NCBI GenBank assembly: GCA_051294375.1
Contig: CM119264.1
Coordinates: 6,223,073 to 6,287,072, forward strand
Reading direction: 5' to 3'
From: Paraspadella gotoi
Lineage: Eukaryota; Animalia; Chaetognatha
Length of the DNA stretch: 64,000 nucleotides
Made by a program: the position numbers and the translations under genes. The notes beneath the pieces are model-generated. The model did no database searches and was not told the origin of the DNA. It worked only from the letters and a program-made list of their open reading frames with translations. Shown one piece after another: positions 1 through 16,700 of this stretch (position 1 is its first letter; the number at the start of each line of letters is the position of its first letter).

Positions 1-2850
<2,850 letters not shown>

Positions 2851-3308
2851 GTATCAATGATGAGAGCTGCAACAATTTCGTAACATTTTTCCCCCCCAAA
2901 AAAGAAATATAAAATGTATAAAATCTAACTAAACGTAAAATGTGGGAAAACGTAGGAAAACTTTTTCATTCCTTCAAGGTCTTAACGCCTACAGAGGAAA
3001 TAAGATAAAAAGAAAGAAAAAGAAAAAAGAAACTTTTGCTAGTCGTTCGGAAATTTTCAAGTTAGAAATTGAGCACTAAGTTCGTGGAGAGCGAAAAATA
3101 GGAAAACTTAAAAACCTCTTATGTGGCGTCCGGTTGTCTTGGCGTCCCGTCTTTAAACTTCCCGTCATATTTCCACGTTCTGCTCTTTATCATCTCGTTA
3201 ATATTTTTAAACATTCCCGCCATCGTTATTTCTCATTTTTCTTCATTCTTCTTCATCCAACTTTATCTAATTCTCCCACTTTTAGACAATTTGATTTGCA
3301 TTTTCGAT

Positions 3309-3460
3309 CTTTGTCCAAATTGGTCCACATTTAACCAATTTCGTCCAACTTCCAACTTTGTCCAACTTTGTGCAACTTGGTCCTACTTCTTTCAACTTTG
3401 TCCAAATTTGACCAACTTGGTCCAACTATGTCCAACTTTGTCCAAATTTGACCAACTTCA
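3309..3460. repeat. 10-bp minisatellite (TTGTCCAACT / TTGACCAACT)
   Basis: About 15 tandem degenerate units. Confidence 0.85.
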
Positions 3461-4471
3461 TTCCTCATTCGAATCGAATCGACTCGGGTCAATCAAGTGA
3501 AGTCGCCAGGGACTTTTGGCGTCTCGAACAATTTGATTGAGGCATTGATGATTCTTGGAAATTCTCGCTCTTCCCTCTTGGAACCGAATTGGCATTTCTG
3601 GGGCCAAAGGAAGTCGGACGCCAACGGAAATGGAGGAGAAAATATCTGAGGTGGATTGGATGATGCAACCCTTGGAAAGATTTTATCAAATATGGCATCA
3701 AAAAATTACGATGCGAAAGATTGGGTGACGGTATAAGATATTAAAAACATAATAAATGTAAAAAAGTGTAAATACATATTGAGATGAAAGATATAAAGAT
3801 TAAATGGATTGAAGAAAGAAGCATCATGACCAGTAGTCATCCACCACATTGTGACCACTTCGACCACAAGGATACAACCAATAACCATTCCAACATGTGA
3901 ATTATTCCGAGAAAAAAAGATGAAAAGATGGAATGAGGGATATACGACCGAAGCTTCGAGTTTTTGATGCTGTAATAACCGCCGCTCGAAAAAGCGCCGA
4001 ACACGATTAGGGCTAAAATCCGTGATAAAAATCTTAATTATATTAAAAATACAAAAATGTTATTTATTGAAAACTAGTGTTATTATCGTTTTAATCAATA
4101 TTTTTGTTTAATAGAACAAAAAAAAGTAAATGGTAACTCAATAGTATATAAATAACTATGCTATAAAATTATTAAAATTTTTAGAAATTCATATCTTATA
4201 AAATATCTTTAATAAATTTTTTTTATAAGTTTTTTAAAAGCATATCCTACTCGTTGTCTTGTCCAAAAATACCCTCTTTTTCGTAGTTCCATTTATGGTC
4301 AATAACTGGAGTAGTGGTTCGGCGGCGCCGCCGCCGCAGCATCCGCCGCCGCCGCCGCAGACGCTGACGAGATCGCAACGATATACATTCCAGAATCCCC
4401 CTCGTCGATATTCAGCTCCATTGACTGACTTAACGGAGTAACACTCGCCGCTGAAACGACTATAGTCATTG

Positions 4472-4502
<31 letters not shown>

Positions 4503-5082
4503 TTATTACGTCACTGTTGTCTGTGCCAATACTGTTGACTTTTTCGTCAGAAAATCGTCACATTTATTTCGTGATTATCGCTATGATTGTTGTTTGTTTT
4601 TTTCATTATCATAATTTTTTATCCATGTCCTTTTAATCGTCCTCATAATTGTCCTTATCATAAACGTTATCATAATCATTATTGCGTTATACCGATGTGC
4701 TATCATTGATGGAAGAGAATTATCAAACGGATAGTGTTATTAACAGTGTTAATAATAGTGTTATTCCATCTCTAAAGATATCTATTGAATCTTGAGTTTG
4801 AAATAAAGACAAAGTCATTTTACAACAACGATTAGGTTTTTTATTGTCAAAATTGTCAGAGCGCTGATAAAGGCTTGCATTAAATATATTAAAATAAATT
4901 AATAATAATATATAATAATATATAATCGTTGATAATCATTGATTGCGAAAATAAAGTCTCAGGGTAATAAAAAAAAGAGGGACTGGTCAATGGTGATGAC
5001 TCATCAGTGAATCACTTTCACATTCTTGTCGTCCTCGTGATTCTCGACAGAATTCGACCACCGATCACCTTAACGACCTTAC

Positions 5083-5122
<40 letters not shown>

Positions 5123-5214
5123 AACGACGAGTGAGGATCTGACCCGAAACGGTCGTTCGTCGTCGCCGCCGAAGTGGACGCCCCAATTTGCTTCCGGGGC
5201 GAATCTATGGGATA

Positions 5215-5266
<52 letters not shown>

Positions 5267-8200
5267 AAATTGCGAGAGCTTATCTCCCCCGAAGAAAAGT
5301 TTTCCTTTCGACCTTGGGTCATCCTTTTCACTTCCTTCCATCGCCGGACATAAAAAGGCGTTAAAAAGTTTTTTTACTATGGGATATTTTTTTAAATATT
5401 TTTTTCCTTATACATGTATTATGCATTTTACGTTTCTGAATGAACAAAACCTCGCACATTCTTATAGCATATCAAAATTCATATCGTAATATAGTCGGTA
5501 ACGTTTCTTTTTTTTTTCCTTTCCTTTTCATTTCTTTCCTTTTTCCTTCCTTCCTTCATTTAAAAAAAAAAGATAACTCTCGGGACTTGACAAGGATTCG
5601 CAGAAACGGAACTTTTCGTCTAAATAGGAACGTCTTCATCTTCTTGGCGCTNNNNNNNNNNNNNNNNNNNNNNNNNNNNNNNNNNNNNNNNNNNNNNNNN
5701 NNNNNNNNNNNNNNNNNNNNNNNNNNNNNNNNNNNNNNNNNNNNNNNNNNNNNNNNNNNNNNNNNNNNNNNNNNNNNNNNNNNNNNNNNNNNNNNNNNNN
5801 NNNNNNNNNNNNNNNNNNNNNNNNNNNNNNNNNNNNNNNNNNNNNNNNNNNNNNNNNNNNNNNNNNNNNNNNNNNNNNNNNNNNNNNNNNNNNNNNNNNN
5901 NNNNNNNNNNNNNNNNNNNNNNNNNNNNNNNNNNNNNNNNNNNNNNNNNNNNNNNNNNNNNNNNNNNNNNNNNNNNNNNNNNNNNNNNNNNNNNNNNNNN
6001 NNNNNNNNNNNNNNNNNNNNNNNNNNNNNNNNNNNNNNNNNNNNNNNNNNNNNNNNNNNNNNNNNNNNNNNNNNNNGTATCTTTTTCACACTAAAAACAA
6101 TTCGCATTCAAGAAAGGATTTTCCAGCGGAAACTTTTTGGTTGTTATTTTTTTTGTGAACAAAAAAAAATTTCACTGTTGAAGTCTCGATTTTGGCGCAG
6201 AAATTTTGTCATTCATATTATGTGGTTTGAATTTCGTATGATTTATACGTACATTTTATAATTTCGATATTTAGTTTGACTTTAGTAAGTTCGTAAGAAA
6301 ACCCTGTTTGGAGGGCTCTTTAGCAAAACCCAATGTTTTCAGGTCATATGAATTTAAATAATTATGATCTGATTTAACGAAAGGAAACTAAATGGAAACG
6401 GAACCAGTCTCGATTCTCATGAAAATCGATAAAAAAAGGAACAAAAGAACAAAAGAACAAAAGTTCCATTTTTAAAAAAATACCTTTCCAGGAACAAGAA
6501 ATCCCAGGCCGTTGCCGCCAATCGCTCCCCTTTTATTTTCACCATAAAATTTGAGAGAAAGAGAAATAAATTTCATATTTTTTTTCCTATGAATAAAAAT
6601 GAGGTCTTTAGTACTTTAGGGAGAAACTCGGTTTTTACGAGTATCGGCTTCTCGCGAAAGTCGGATATTATAAAGTTACGCGTCTCGCAAAATCGCGCGT
6701 AATCAACTCGATTGCGTCGTTTTTGAAAAGGGAAATGAGTTTCGTTTAATCGCTACATCGGGAATAACGTTAATAACGAACCTCGCGACTCTTAAAGCCG
6801 AGTGGCGGAATGTAGTCTTCGGACCGAAAGGCGAAAGCATTAAATTTAAATGAATTCACTTCGATTTAAGTTTTATGAGTTTCCCTTAATTAAAATTATA
6901 TCATGAGCTCAAGGATATTTCAATTAAGGAATCTTGAATATTTTACTCGCAAAGAAAAAAAAACCATTGACAGCTGCCAGTTTAAATACGAACAAATCTT
7001 TAAAAAAAAATTTTTACTGAATGTTTTCATTCGAAGCAATTTCTCTGTGAATTATATAGTTTTAAGGGCTATCACTATAAAAATACAAAATCTAATTTTA
7101 TTTACGTGTTCCTCCTTTTTTTGCCCACAAAACGATCCGTTTCGTCCCGATATTTCGCAAATCCTCGACGCCGCGACGCCACGACGCCGTTTTCTGGCGC
7201 CGCAACGAGATTCTCGCGTCGTTGGCTGCAACATGGACCGGAAGTCCGACCGGTGATCCGAAAGAAATGAGGAGGCATCGACATCGACGATACGGGCTCA
7301 GATGGAATCGTCGATCGGAAACGAGGGATGGAAACGATTGCGATGATGATGTCCACAAAAATGGCGGCGAAGACCTTTGCTCTAACAACAACAACAACAA
7401 AGAATGAACAACAACAACAATCGCTCCAAGGACCGAGCACTAGAGATTCTGGAGAAAATTCAATTAAGTCGAGTGATTTTTAGGCTTTGACCCAACTTTG
7501 GACCGCATCAAAAAGTGTCGCAAACTCTGAGATAGTTTCTCATTCCGTTATGCACTCTCTCNNNNNNNNNNNNNNNNNNNNNNNNNNNNNNNNNNNNNNN
7601 NNNNNNNNNNNNNNNNNNNNNNNNNNNNNNNNNNNNNNNNNNNNNNNNNNNNNNNNNNNNNNNNNNNNNNNNNNNNNNNNNNNNNNNNNNNNNNNNNNNN
7701 NNNNNNNNNNNNNNNNNNNNNNNNNNNNNNNNNNNNNNNNNNNNNNNNNNNNNNNNNNNNNNNNNNNNNNNNNNNNNNNNNNNNNNNNNNNNNNNNNNNN
7801 NNNNNNNNNNNNNNNNNNNCTTTCTTTCTTTCTCAGTCCCCCTCTCCTCTTTATTCAGAGCGCGTCTTCGCCCATTTTGATTCTGGTAGGAATAGTAAGG
7901 CAAAGTATGCGGACGTAAAGGCCGCAACCAATCAACCTTTCAACCACCGACGCCATCCAAGCCACGACCAATCAATCTCTCAACCACTCTCACACCACAA
8001 CCACCACCACAACTACCCCCCCCACAACGCCCACGCCTATCTTTTCTCGCCCTCCTCGCGAGAGCTCAATCTCTTTGGAAGAGGAGTTCGTTTAAAAAGA
8101 GATTCGCCAGAAGACGAGAAATTTGGTTTTTCACGAGAGATTAGTTTTCAGCGCTTGACAAGACGCGTCTCTTCCAAAAATAACCGTCTCCTCGCTCCAG

Positions 8201-11200
8201 CCAATCCGGTTCTCTCTTTTTGCTCCAGTAGACGCGAGAGGCAAGTCATCTTTAGTGCCTTCAAAACCTTCAAAAATGCTTTTATGGTTACTGCCAAAAT
8301 TTCCCCACGCTTTTTCGCTCACTTTTATGACCCTAAAACGCGCGAAGACTCATAAAAAGGTTTTAATTTTATTTTTCACCGATCACAAACGCATTTTCGC
8401 CCGAAATTAAAAAAAAAANNNNNNNNNNNNNNNNNNNNNNNNNNNNNNNNNNNNNNNNNNNNNNNNNNNNNNNNNNNNNNNNNNNNNNNNNNNNNNNNNN
8501 NNNNNNNNNNNNNNNNNNNNNNNNNNNNNNNNNNNNNNNNNNNNNNNNNNNNNNNNNNNNNNNNNNNNNNNNNNNNNNNNNNNNNNNNNNNNNNNNNNNN
8601 NNNNNNNNNNNNNNNNNNNNNNNNNNNNNNNNNNNNNNNNNNNNNNNNNNNNNNNNNNNNNNNNNNNNNNNNNNNNNNNNNNNNNNNNNTTTTTTTCTCT
8701 TCGAATCTTCGAGTTTGAATTTTCGCGCGCGAATTTCTCGCCTCTCGACTTGAGAATCGAAAAGGGAAGAGAGAGCGAGAGAAGAAGTGGAAATGAATGA
8801 GAACCAAAAATGAACTGGGATTTCGGAAATGAACAAATTTAATTTAAATGTCATGGGACAACGATAAAGAAAAAAAGATGAATTTAAATATGAATGATGA
8901 TGAATCTGCTCAACTTGGACAATGTTAAATTCACGGGAACACTCTCATAAACAAACACAAACAAAAATAGAAAAAACAGTTAAAATTTCACATGTATATG
9001 TTTTTATCTGTCAATATCTTTCAAGAAAACTTTTTAGAAAACTTGCGTTGTTTCCGGAAGGCAACACAAACATCTTCCTGAATAGTTTTACATTTAGATA
9101 ATTAAAAAGAAAAAAGAAAAAATCGAAAGAAAGTTGTTAAAAGATAAAATCTTAAAATAATGAAAAAAAGTCATTTTTAAATTTTCAAATCAATCGATTG
9201 TTTCCCAAATTNNNNNNNNNNNNNNNNNNNNNNNNNNNNNNNNNNNNNNNNNNNNNNNNNNNNNNNNNNNNNNNNNNNNNNNNNNNNNNNNNNNNNNNNN
9301 NNNNNNNNNNNNNNNNNNNNNNNNNNNNNNNNNNNNNNNNNNNNNNNNNNNNNNNNNNNNNNNNNNNNNNNNNNNNNNNNNNNNNNNNNNNNNNNNNNNN
9401 NNNNNNNNNNNNNNNNNNNNNNNNNNNNNNNNNNNNNNNNNNNNNNNNNNNNNNNNNNNNNNNNNNNNNNNNNNNNNNNNNNNNNNNNNNNNNNNNNNNN
9501 NNNNNNNNNNNNNNNNNNNNNNNNNNNNNNNNNNNNNNNNNNNNNNNNNNNNNNNNNNNNNNNNNNNNNNNNNNNNNNNNNNNNNNNNNNNNNNNNNNNN
9601 NNNNNNNNNNNNNNNNNNNNNNNNNNNNNNNNNNNNNNNNNNNNNNNNNNNNNNNNNNNNNNNNNNNNNNNNNNNNNNNNNNNNNNNNNNNNNNNNNNNN
9701 NNNNNNNNNNNNNNNNNNNNNNNNNNNNNNNNNNNNGAGAGAGAGGCTGATGGATTTCTGATGAATTTCCGTGGGAAAGAGAGTTGGAGCTCACTTATTA
9801 CCTGGCTATTAGTAATTGCAGTTCGCTCGCTCTTTTCGTTCGTTCGTTCTGTATCATGAAGACATAATTAGACAATAGACATAGCAACATCCACTTTTTA
9901 TTTATTTTCTACGTATACTTCGGCCCAGAATCGTTATCAACTCGCTTGACGGATACTTTGCACGGTATTTACGACTGAGTGGCCGGTTCCCCGGACAGAG
10001 TCCCGTCTTGAGCCCCTGATTTTTGTCCGGTTTTGTACGAAAACGAGACACGAGAATTTCTTCAATCTTTTGCCATTTACGACCTCAGTTTTCCTTGGCC
10101 CTGAACGGGCACCTCATTCTAGCCCTGTCAAGAGGTAAGGTTGCGATCACTTTTTACACACTCTCTCTCTCTCTTTCTCTCTCTTTCTCTTTCTCTCTCT
10201 TTCTCTCTCCCCCTCTCTCTCTGAATTATTTCGCTAATTAAAACTGGAAAGAAACATGAACTGCCTTTAAGATTAAAAAAAGAATAATAAATATCCCAAA
10301 AATAAACTAAAAACGAGAAAAGTGGCAACTTAATCTTCTTCGGCTCAATTAATCCTCCCCCCCTCTCCTCCGGCCCCGGATGATAACGACGACAACAACA
10401 ACAACAGCCTCATCAACGAATAGCCCATTTTTTTTCTTACACCCAAATCACCCAAATAACCAAATCGATTTACTTCACTCGAGTCACCGACGGAAGTGAG
10501 TCAAGGAATCTGTGTCTCTCATCCAAGGACGACGGCCCCTGGCGGTTTTCGTCGTCTTCGTTATCGTCGTTGTCGTAGTCGTGGTCGTCGTTGTAGTCGT
10601 TATCTTCTCTTCACAAATTTCACGTGAGCAAATTTTTTTTTCACTTTCCGACGGAACCGCGTTTCCTTGACAATTGACAGGCTAATTAAGGGTAACTCGG
10701 TCAACCCCCGTCATTAACATATTTTTTTTACTTTTTAGTGAGTAAATTTGTTAATCTATTAAAGTTTGTAAATATTCGCAGAAAGTTTCATTGAAATTTT
10801 TTTCATGCTAGAGTTAACGGCGAACCGCACTATATAAAAAAAAAATAATAGACTCTTTAAAGAGTTTTTCCCTAAAAAAAATTGTGATTCGCCTCACGAA
10901 CTAAGGGTATAGGTCTCTGCTACATTCATCCAATTTCGATTAAAAATTCCCCCCAATAGATCGATCAGTCACGCTCTCCGGAATTTTGTGAAAGCTAATA
11001 ACTACCGACCTCTTTTCGGGCGCGAAGACATTCTTGGCGAAATTCCCCCGTGCGAAACTTTGTACTTTTTATCGTTTCAATTTTAAAAAGGATTTTTTTC
11101 GGAGGGATTTTTTTCTCCTTTTTGTACAAGTTTTGCGTGTGTGCCTTTTATTAATCTTCTAAAACTATTTTCCGCGCCGACGACCTTCCTTTCCTNNNNN

Positions 11201-11638
11201 NNNNNNNNNNNNNNNNNNNNNNNNNNNNNNNNNNNNNNNNNNNNNNNNNNNNNNNNNNNNNNNNNNNNNNNNNNNNNNNNNNNNNNNNNNNNNNNNNNNN
11301 NNNNNNNNNNNNNNNNNNNNNNNNNNNNNNNNNNNNNNNNNNNNNNNNNNNNNNNNNNNNNNNNNNNNNNNNNNNNNNNNNNNNNNNNNNNNNNNNNNNN
11401 NNNNNNNNNNNNNNNNNNNNNNNNNNNNNNNNNNNNNNTCTCTCTCTCTCTCTCTCGTTTTTAAGCTTTGACATAAAATTGATGAGGGTAGTCTCTCGCC
11501 CGGTCCTTTGCATAAACTCGATTATATAGAGAGAGGGACGAAGGTTAATAGTATTAATTCTTTTGAACGTTAAATAAATTAAATGGGGCTGAGAATTATG
11601 GGTAAGAGACGATCATTTTTAGAAAGAGTCAATAAATA

Positions 11639-12212
11639 CAGTCCTGTGCAAAGAAAAGAGGACACTCTTAAATAACGCGTGTTTTATGCATGTATTCAAA
11701 AAAATTTTAATTGGTTAATATAAATTTTTAAAAGTAGAATCTATATATGTAAGTTTTAAAAAAAATTCAAGAGCTATAACAACCAAAAAACAAAAAAAAT
11801 AGGCGAAAAAACATTTTTGGAGATCTAAAAAAATGAGGATGCCGTTCAGTTTTGATTTTTAGGCGTTGTATTCATGTATCATAAAAAATTAGGCATGGAA
11901 AGAGTTCTTTTTTGAAAGAGGAATAAATATCTATATGTTAAAAAAAAATCGGTTTAATCATTCCAGAGATATGGTAACTTAAAAACAAAGGGTTAAAATA
12001 TGTAATTTTTTCTCTTTGTTTGAGTAGTTACTTTTAAAAAAAATCATTGCTAAATTTGAACCAAATAATTGATAAATTTGAACCAAATTTGCTCCAATGG
12101 TTCTTATTTCTATAAAGTTTATTGAACTATAATATTTTTCAAAATTTAAGAATCTAACAAGATTTATTTGTGCAATATTTTAGGTGTCCTATTTTTTTTT
12201 TGCACAGGTCTG
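11639..12212. mobile_element. Tc1/mariner-type MITE, 574 bp
   Basis: TA|CAGTCCTGTGCAAAGAAAAGAGGACAC ... GTGTCCTATTTTTTTTTTGCACAGGTCTG|TA: imperfect TIRs and a TA target duplication. Confidence 0.85.
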
Positions 12213-12476
12213 TAGAATAATTTGAATCTTTCTCTCAGAGTTAGAAAGATGAATTAAACACTTTCCACGAAATCCTTAACCTAACACAAACTTTAATCAT
12301 GAAGGGTCGCGTCATAGAAATGGACGACATCGCGGGAGACGTAACGCGGTCCTTGTCACCGTATCTGGCGGAAGGTGGGCGGTGTTAACGTGAGGGAAGT
12401 TACCGTCGGTTCCCGGGGCTTTGATATAGAAAAAAACGGCCGTGTCAAAACATGGCGGAATTTTAAGATATGGAGA

Positions 12477-12543
<67 letters not shown>

Positions 12544-13781
12544 TTCTCTCCCCCTCTATTGTTACTACGTACGACAGGAATATCCAAGCCGGCCAAACAC
12601 ATACGCCTCATAAATTGGTCATTGCGTCCAATTTTGACCGGAAGACCGCTAAGGAAATGGGATCGGCTTGTGATAGAGGAAGGCGGGTCAGGTAAGGTGA
12701 GTTACACGGATCGACCGACCGGCCCATATCCAAACATATCGTCTTATTTCCCGTTCCACTCCTCGGTTCCCTCTCTCAATATCCCTTTTACGTCGTCCTC
12801 TAATCCTCTGGAACAAAATGGCGCCAAAGCATGGGCGCGGCGGCGCGCTGGCGGCGAGAAATGTAAACAAAAGATAAAAAAAAACTTGAGCCGAGTCCGT
12901 AACAAATGGAATTTGCCAGGAAACAAACGCAAAACAAAAAAGAAAACTCGTTGAAGATATAAAAAAAAAAACCCGTTAGGTCATTAAATCCCTCTCTCGG
13001 CCCAAATAGGAACATCTGTTTTCGTTTTACGAGGGGAAAACAGGTGGCGACAGAGTCAAGGGAGTTTAAAAAAACAAAAAAAACAAAAGGGCCTTTCGTG
13101 AAGGGAGTTTAAAAAACAAAAAAAAACAAAAGGGCCTTTCGTTACGGACGAATGACACTCAAAGCCTTTGTCAAAGGCTATTTTTGCCCTTTTAAGCTTT
13201 TAACTTTGTTTTACTTCTTTTTAACTTTGAATTTTTTTTGTGTCGGAAACTCGGATGTTGGGGACTTGACTTTTATGAAATTGGGATAGAAAGGCAAGGA
13301 TGGTCTGGCGATGTCGACTTTACCAATGACAAATCTGGCGGACACAATTCTATTTTAAGCAAGTCGGAGCGATTCGTACAAGGCATCGATAAAGTAAATG
13401 TGAAAATATGGAACTGGAACCGAAGAAGACGAATGAGAAAGTTAAATTTAGAATTGAGAATAAAAAATGCTGAATATAAGATGGTTGAAGTTGTGGTGGT
13501 TGAGAGAGACAATTTAAATATTAGGTCGCTCACTCGTATGAGAATGATGCCGACGATAACTCATGACTCATATGCTCAATAAATTAAAACAATAATTATT
13601 TGCCATCATTGAGTGGGTGTTTCAATTAATTAAGGTTTGACAAAGGGTCTATTGAAGCGAAATGACAATCTATTCTTAATTTGTAAATATGAAATGAGAT
13701 CTATTTCTTCATTTTTTTAAAAATAAAAATAAAATTAAACGAAGCATTTCCCCCCCCCCCTTATTTTCTTTGATCCCAAAG

Positions 13782-16700
13782 GAACTGATGGGAACTCAAC
13801 AAGACTCGCGAAACTGGAAGGGAATCGTTCTGGCATTGCTGGTGATTCTGCTGGTGGTGGCGTTGGTTTGCGTGGCCGTCGCTTTACTCACTCCTGGTAA
13901 GTCGCTCCTTCTCTTCCTCTTTACCCATGCCGTTCGCGTGAACCGAAAACCGATTATAATTACTTTTCTTTTCAATGAATTTTTTTTTTCGCCAAATCTT
14001 TTAAAAGCACAAAATATGCTCGTTTGAAAATTTGTTGTTGAAATGAACGAGATTTCATTTTCTCTCACATTCTCTTTTAATGGCATGCGCTCAGAATATG
14101 GTAATGCGCTCTCAGAAAAGAGGCGTATTTTTTTTTCAGGAATTTTCTCGGGCTAATCAGTAGTTGCATGAATGTAAAAGAAAGTCCTAGTTTTGAACGC
14201 GGTTTTCAGCCCTAAATTAAACACGGGAATCTAGTAAGAAAATAAAGAATTTTTAAAACGGTAACGATTATTGCCATTTATGGCTGAAATGACCCGTTCT
14301 ACAATGACGTCACGTGCATAACGTTTGTGTGTCCTTGAGTTTTTGTGTTTAGCCGATCGTTGCAACCTAGAAATTTTGCGTAAAACTTAAAAAAAAAAAG
14401 ACTAACTTTTGGATTTTGTTATTTTGCACTGAGATTTGTTTTCACGTAGCGAATGATAATATTGTTCGAGGAAAGTAACCCAAGCGAAAGGAATTGGAAA
14501 AAAAAGCGTTTCATAGTCTTGGCTTTAATGCATACTTTACAATGTGCCAAAAGCATTTGCCAATGTAGTATTTGATAATTATTACGAGCAAAAAAGGTTT
14601 TCTTTGATTTTCACTACGAAGTTATAGGAGTTAGGACAAGAGAAAGGTCAGGATGAAGGTGAGTCTGAAAAGAAATGAAAGGTCAGGTAACAACATTAAC
14701 GAAAGGTTAATAATGATTTGAATAATTACGATAAAAATGTAAAATTTGAGAAAAAAAAAATATTTGAAATTCAACGAAAATTTTTTTGTTTGCTCGTAAC
14801 TCTTTTCAACGAAAAAAAAGAATCTACTTGTTTTAAATTTATTTGTTTTAAATATGTATAATAAATATTTGTTTTAATTATAATAAATATTTGTTTTAAA
14901 TATTAAATATTCTCAGAATCGAACAACCATGAATTATTTCATGGATTCTGACGGCTTTTGTAATGCTCTAAAATTTCGCTTTTTCAAATGAAAATATTTA
15001 AATCGACAAAATCTTACCCTGCCATCTTTAAATGAATTGAATCAAAAAAATATACACTTTATTGAATGCACGTAATTAAGCATTCATTACTGAATGTTAT
15101 TGCTTAACATTCATAATAATTGATTGTTAGACTTACCCCATTGAACTTATGTCCACAACAAGCATTGTTTAACAAGCTCGTTGTAAGACTAAGACTAAGC
15201 TTTGTTAAATTTTCTTCCATGATAGTGAATTTCATATTCCTTACCGTCGTACGTGCATCTCGCACGCAACCTTTGCACATCGCAAGTGCATCAAATTTCA
15301 GAAACTCTGCTGATCTGACCCGCAAAATTAATGCATTTTTTTATTATTAACTTTTGAATATTGTTATTTCTTCCAAGCACGAATTCACTTCTTGTAACAT
15401 TTAAAAAAAAAAAGAATCCTCACACGATTTGTTCTTGTAGCGGCAAGATTTGACCGTTATGACGTTTGCCTCCTGAATATAAGGGGGTTCTAGCCCTTTT
15501 CGAAGTTGAGTGAGCCAGGCCGGTAAACCCGCTTATTGCATATGGACAGGAATTATAAACTGCTTACTTATGTACGCGAATATCCTTAACAGTGGACCGC
15601 AGACTAATAATTCGTCTATGGAACACTAATAAGCAAACAATATGTAAATAACAAGCTAATAAACAAATAATAAAAACTTTATTTAATTATTTGTAAGCAG
15701 TTTAAAGTCAAGCTTTTGGAGCCGAGTTTATGAGACGCTTTATGACAAACAATATTCGTAATTTACTCGACTTGAACGAGAAATTGTTGCGGCCTTGTCA
15801 CCAAAACCAACCTTGGTTTCGCTACAGTTTAAAAACAACAAACCATGAAACCGTTATATTAACTGTCGTTCCCTTTGAAAGCTTTAATCAAAAAAAATTC
15901 TCGTTTGTGAAGTCAACTCCTTTTTTTTATATTCGTCGCGCATTCGATTTCGCGCGTGCGAAAAATTCAAATAAAAAATAAACAAACAAATATTAAAACT
16001 AAACTATTTTTATTTATTTCCGCTCAGACGCGAACGACAATCGACTGAAAGGCCCACGATTGGCTTTCGGACGATCTTTCGGGGAAAAGCTCAAGGTGCA
16101 CAACGGGTCACCGAGAAAAACTGTTTTTGTCTTTCAAAAGTAATGCAGCAAAGGACTGTAAAATCGCATAAGAATAAGATCAAATGGTATTAGCCTTGAA
16201 TGACTTTACTCACGCGAACTGCATTTAAAAATATTATTGATGCGTTAATCCTTTCTTTTTCGTTGTTTCATAGGTAATTAGACAGAGAGCAAAGAAATTT
16301 TGAATTTAACAACGATTTTATGATTAGGTGGACATGTTTCGCTTGCTTATTTCAAAGCCCTTCTATTCAGCATGATGGACGATCAATAATAAATTTTGTG
16401 GGCAAAAGAAGAGTTGTCGGAAGAGAGAGAGTCGGAGAGGGTAAAGTTTTTCCAACAAGAGTGGTGGAGACGTAATAGTAGGTCAGATTGAGAAGGTTGA
16501 AGGGAGGACAGATTGAGGTGAGTTGCTGAAAAAGAAGTGAAACTGTTAAAGGGAGAGAGGAGAGAGGAGAGAAGAGAGAGTGAGAGAGGAGAGAAACAAA
16601 CAACAACAGAGTTATAAATAAATAAAAGATACATTTTTGCATGTACACCAAAGTAAGGAGTTTGAAAAACTAACATTTGGAGAAATTTACCTTAACTGTC

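Noticed and set aside
4985-5008. Minus-strand CTGATGA GTCA...TGAC
   Set aside because: Lacks the GAAA core after stem II.
6815-6840. Adjacent UUCG and GAAA tetraloop-like motifs
   Set aside because: Stems are only 1-3 bp; compatible with chance.
9759-9785. CTGATGA plus TTTCC/GGAAA hairpin as a hammerhead
   Set aside because: No GAAA after the stem and no stem I or III.
5440-11513. ORFs spanning N runs or (CT)n/(AG)n tracts
   Set aside because: Products of gaps and microsatellites.
13059-13142. ~42-bp direct tandem duplication
   Set aside because: Real but an ordinary local duplication with no functional signal.
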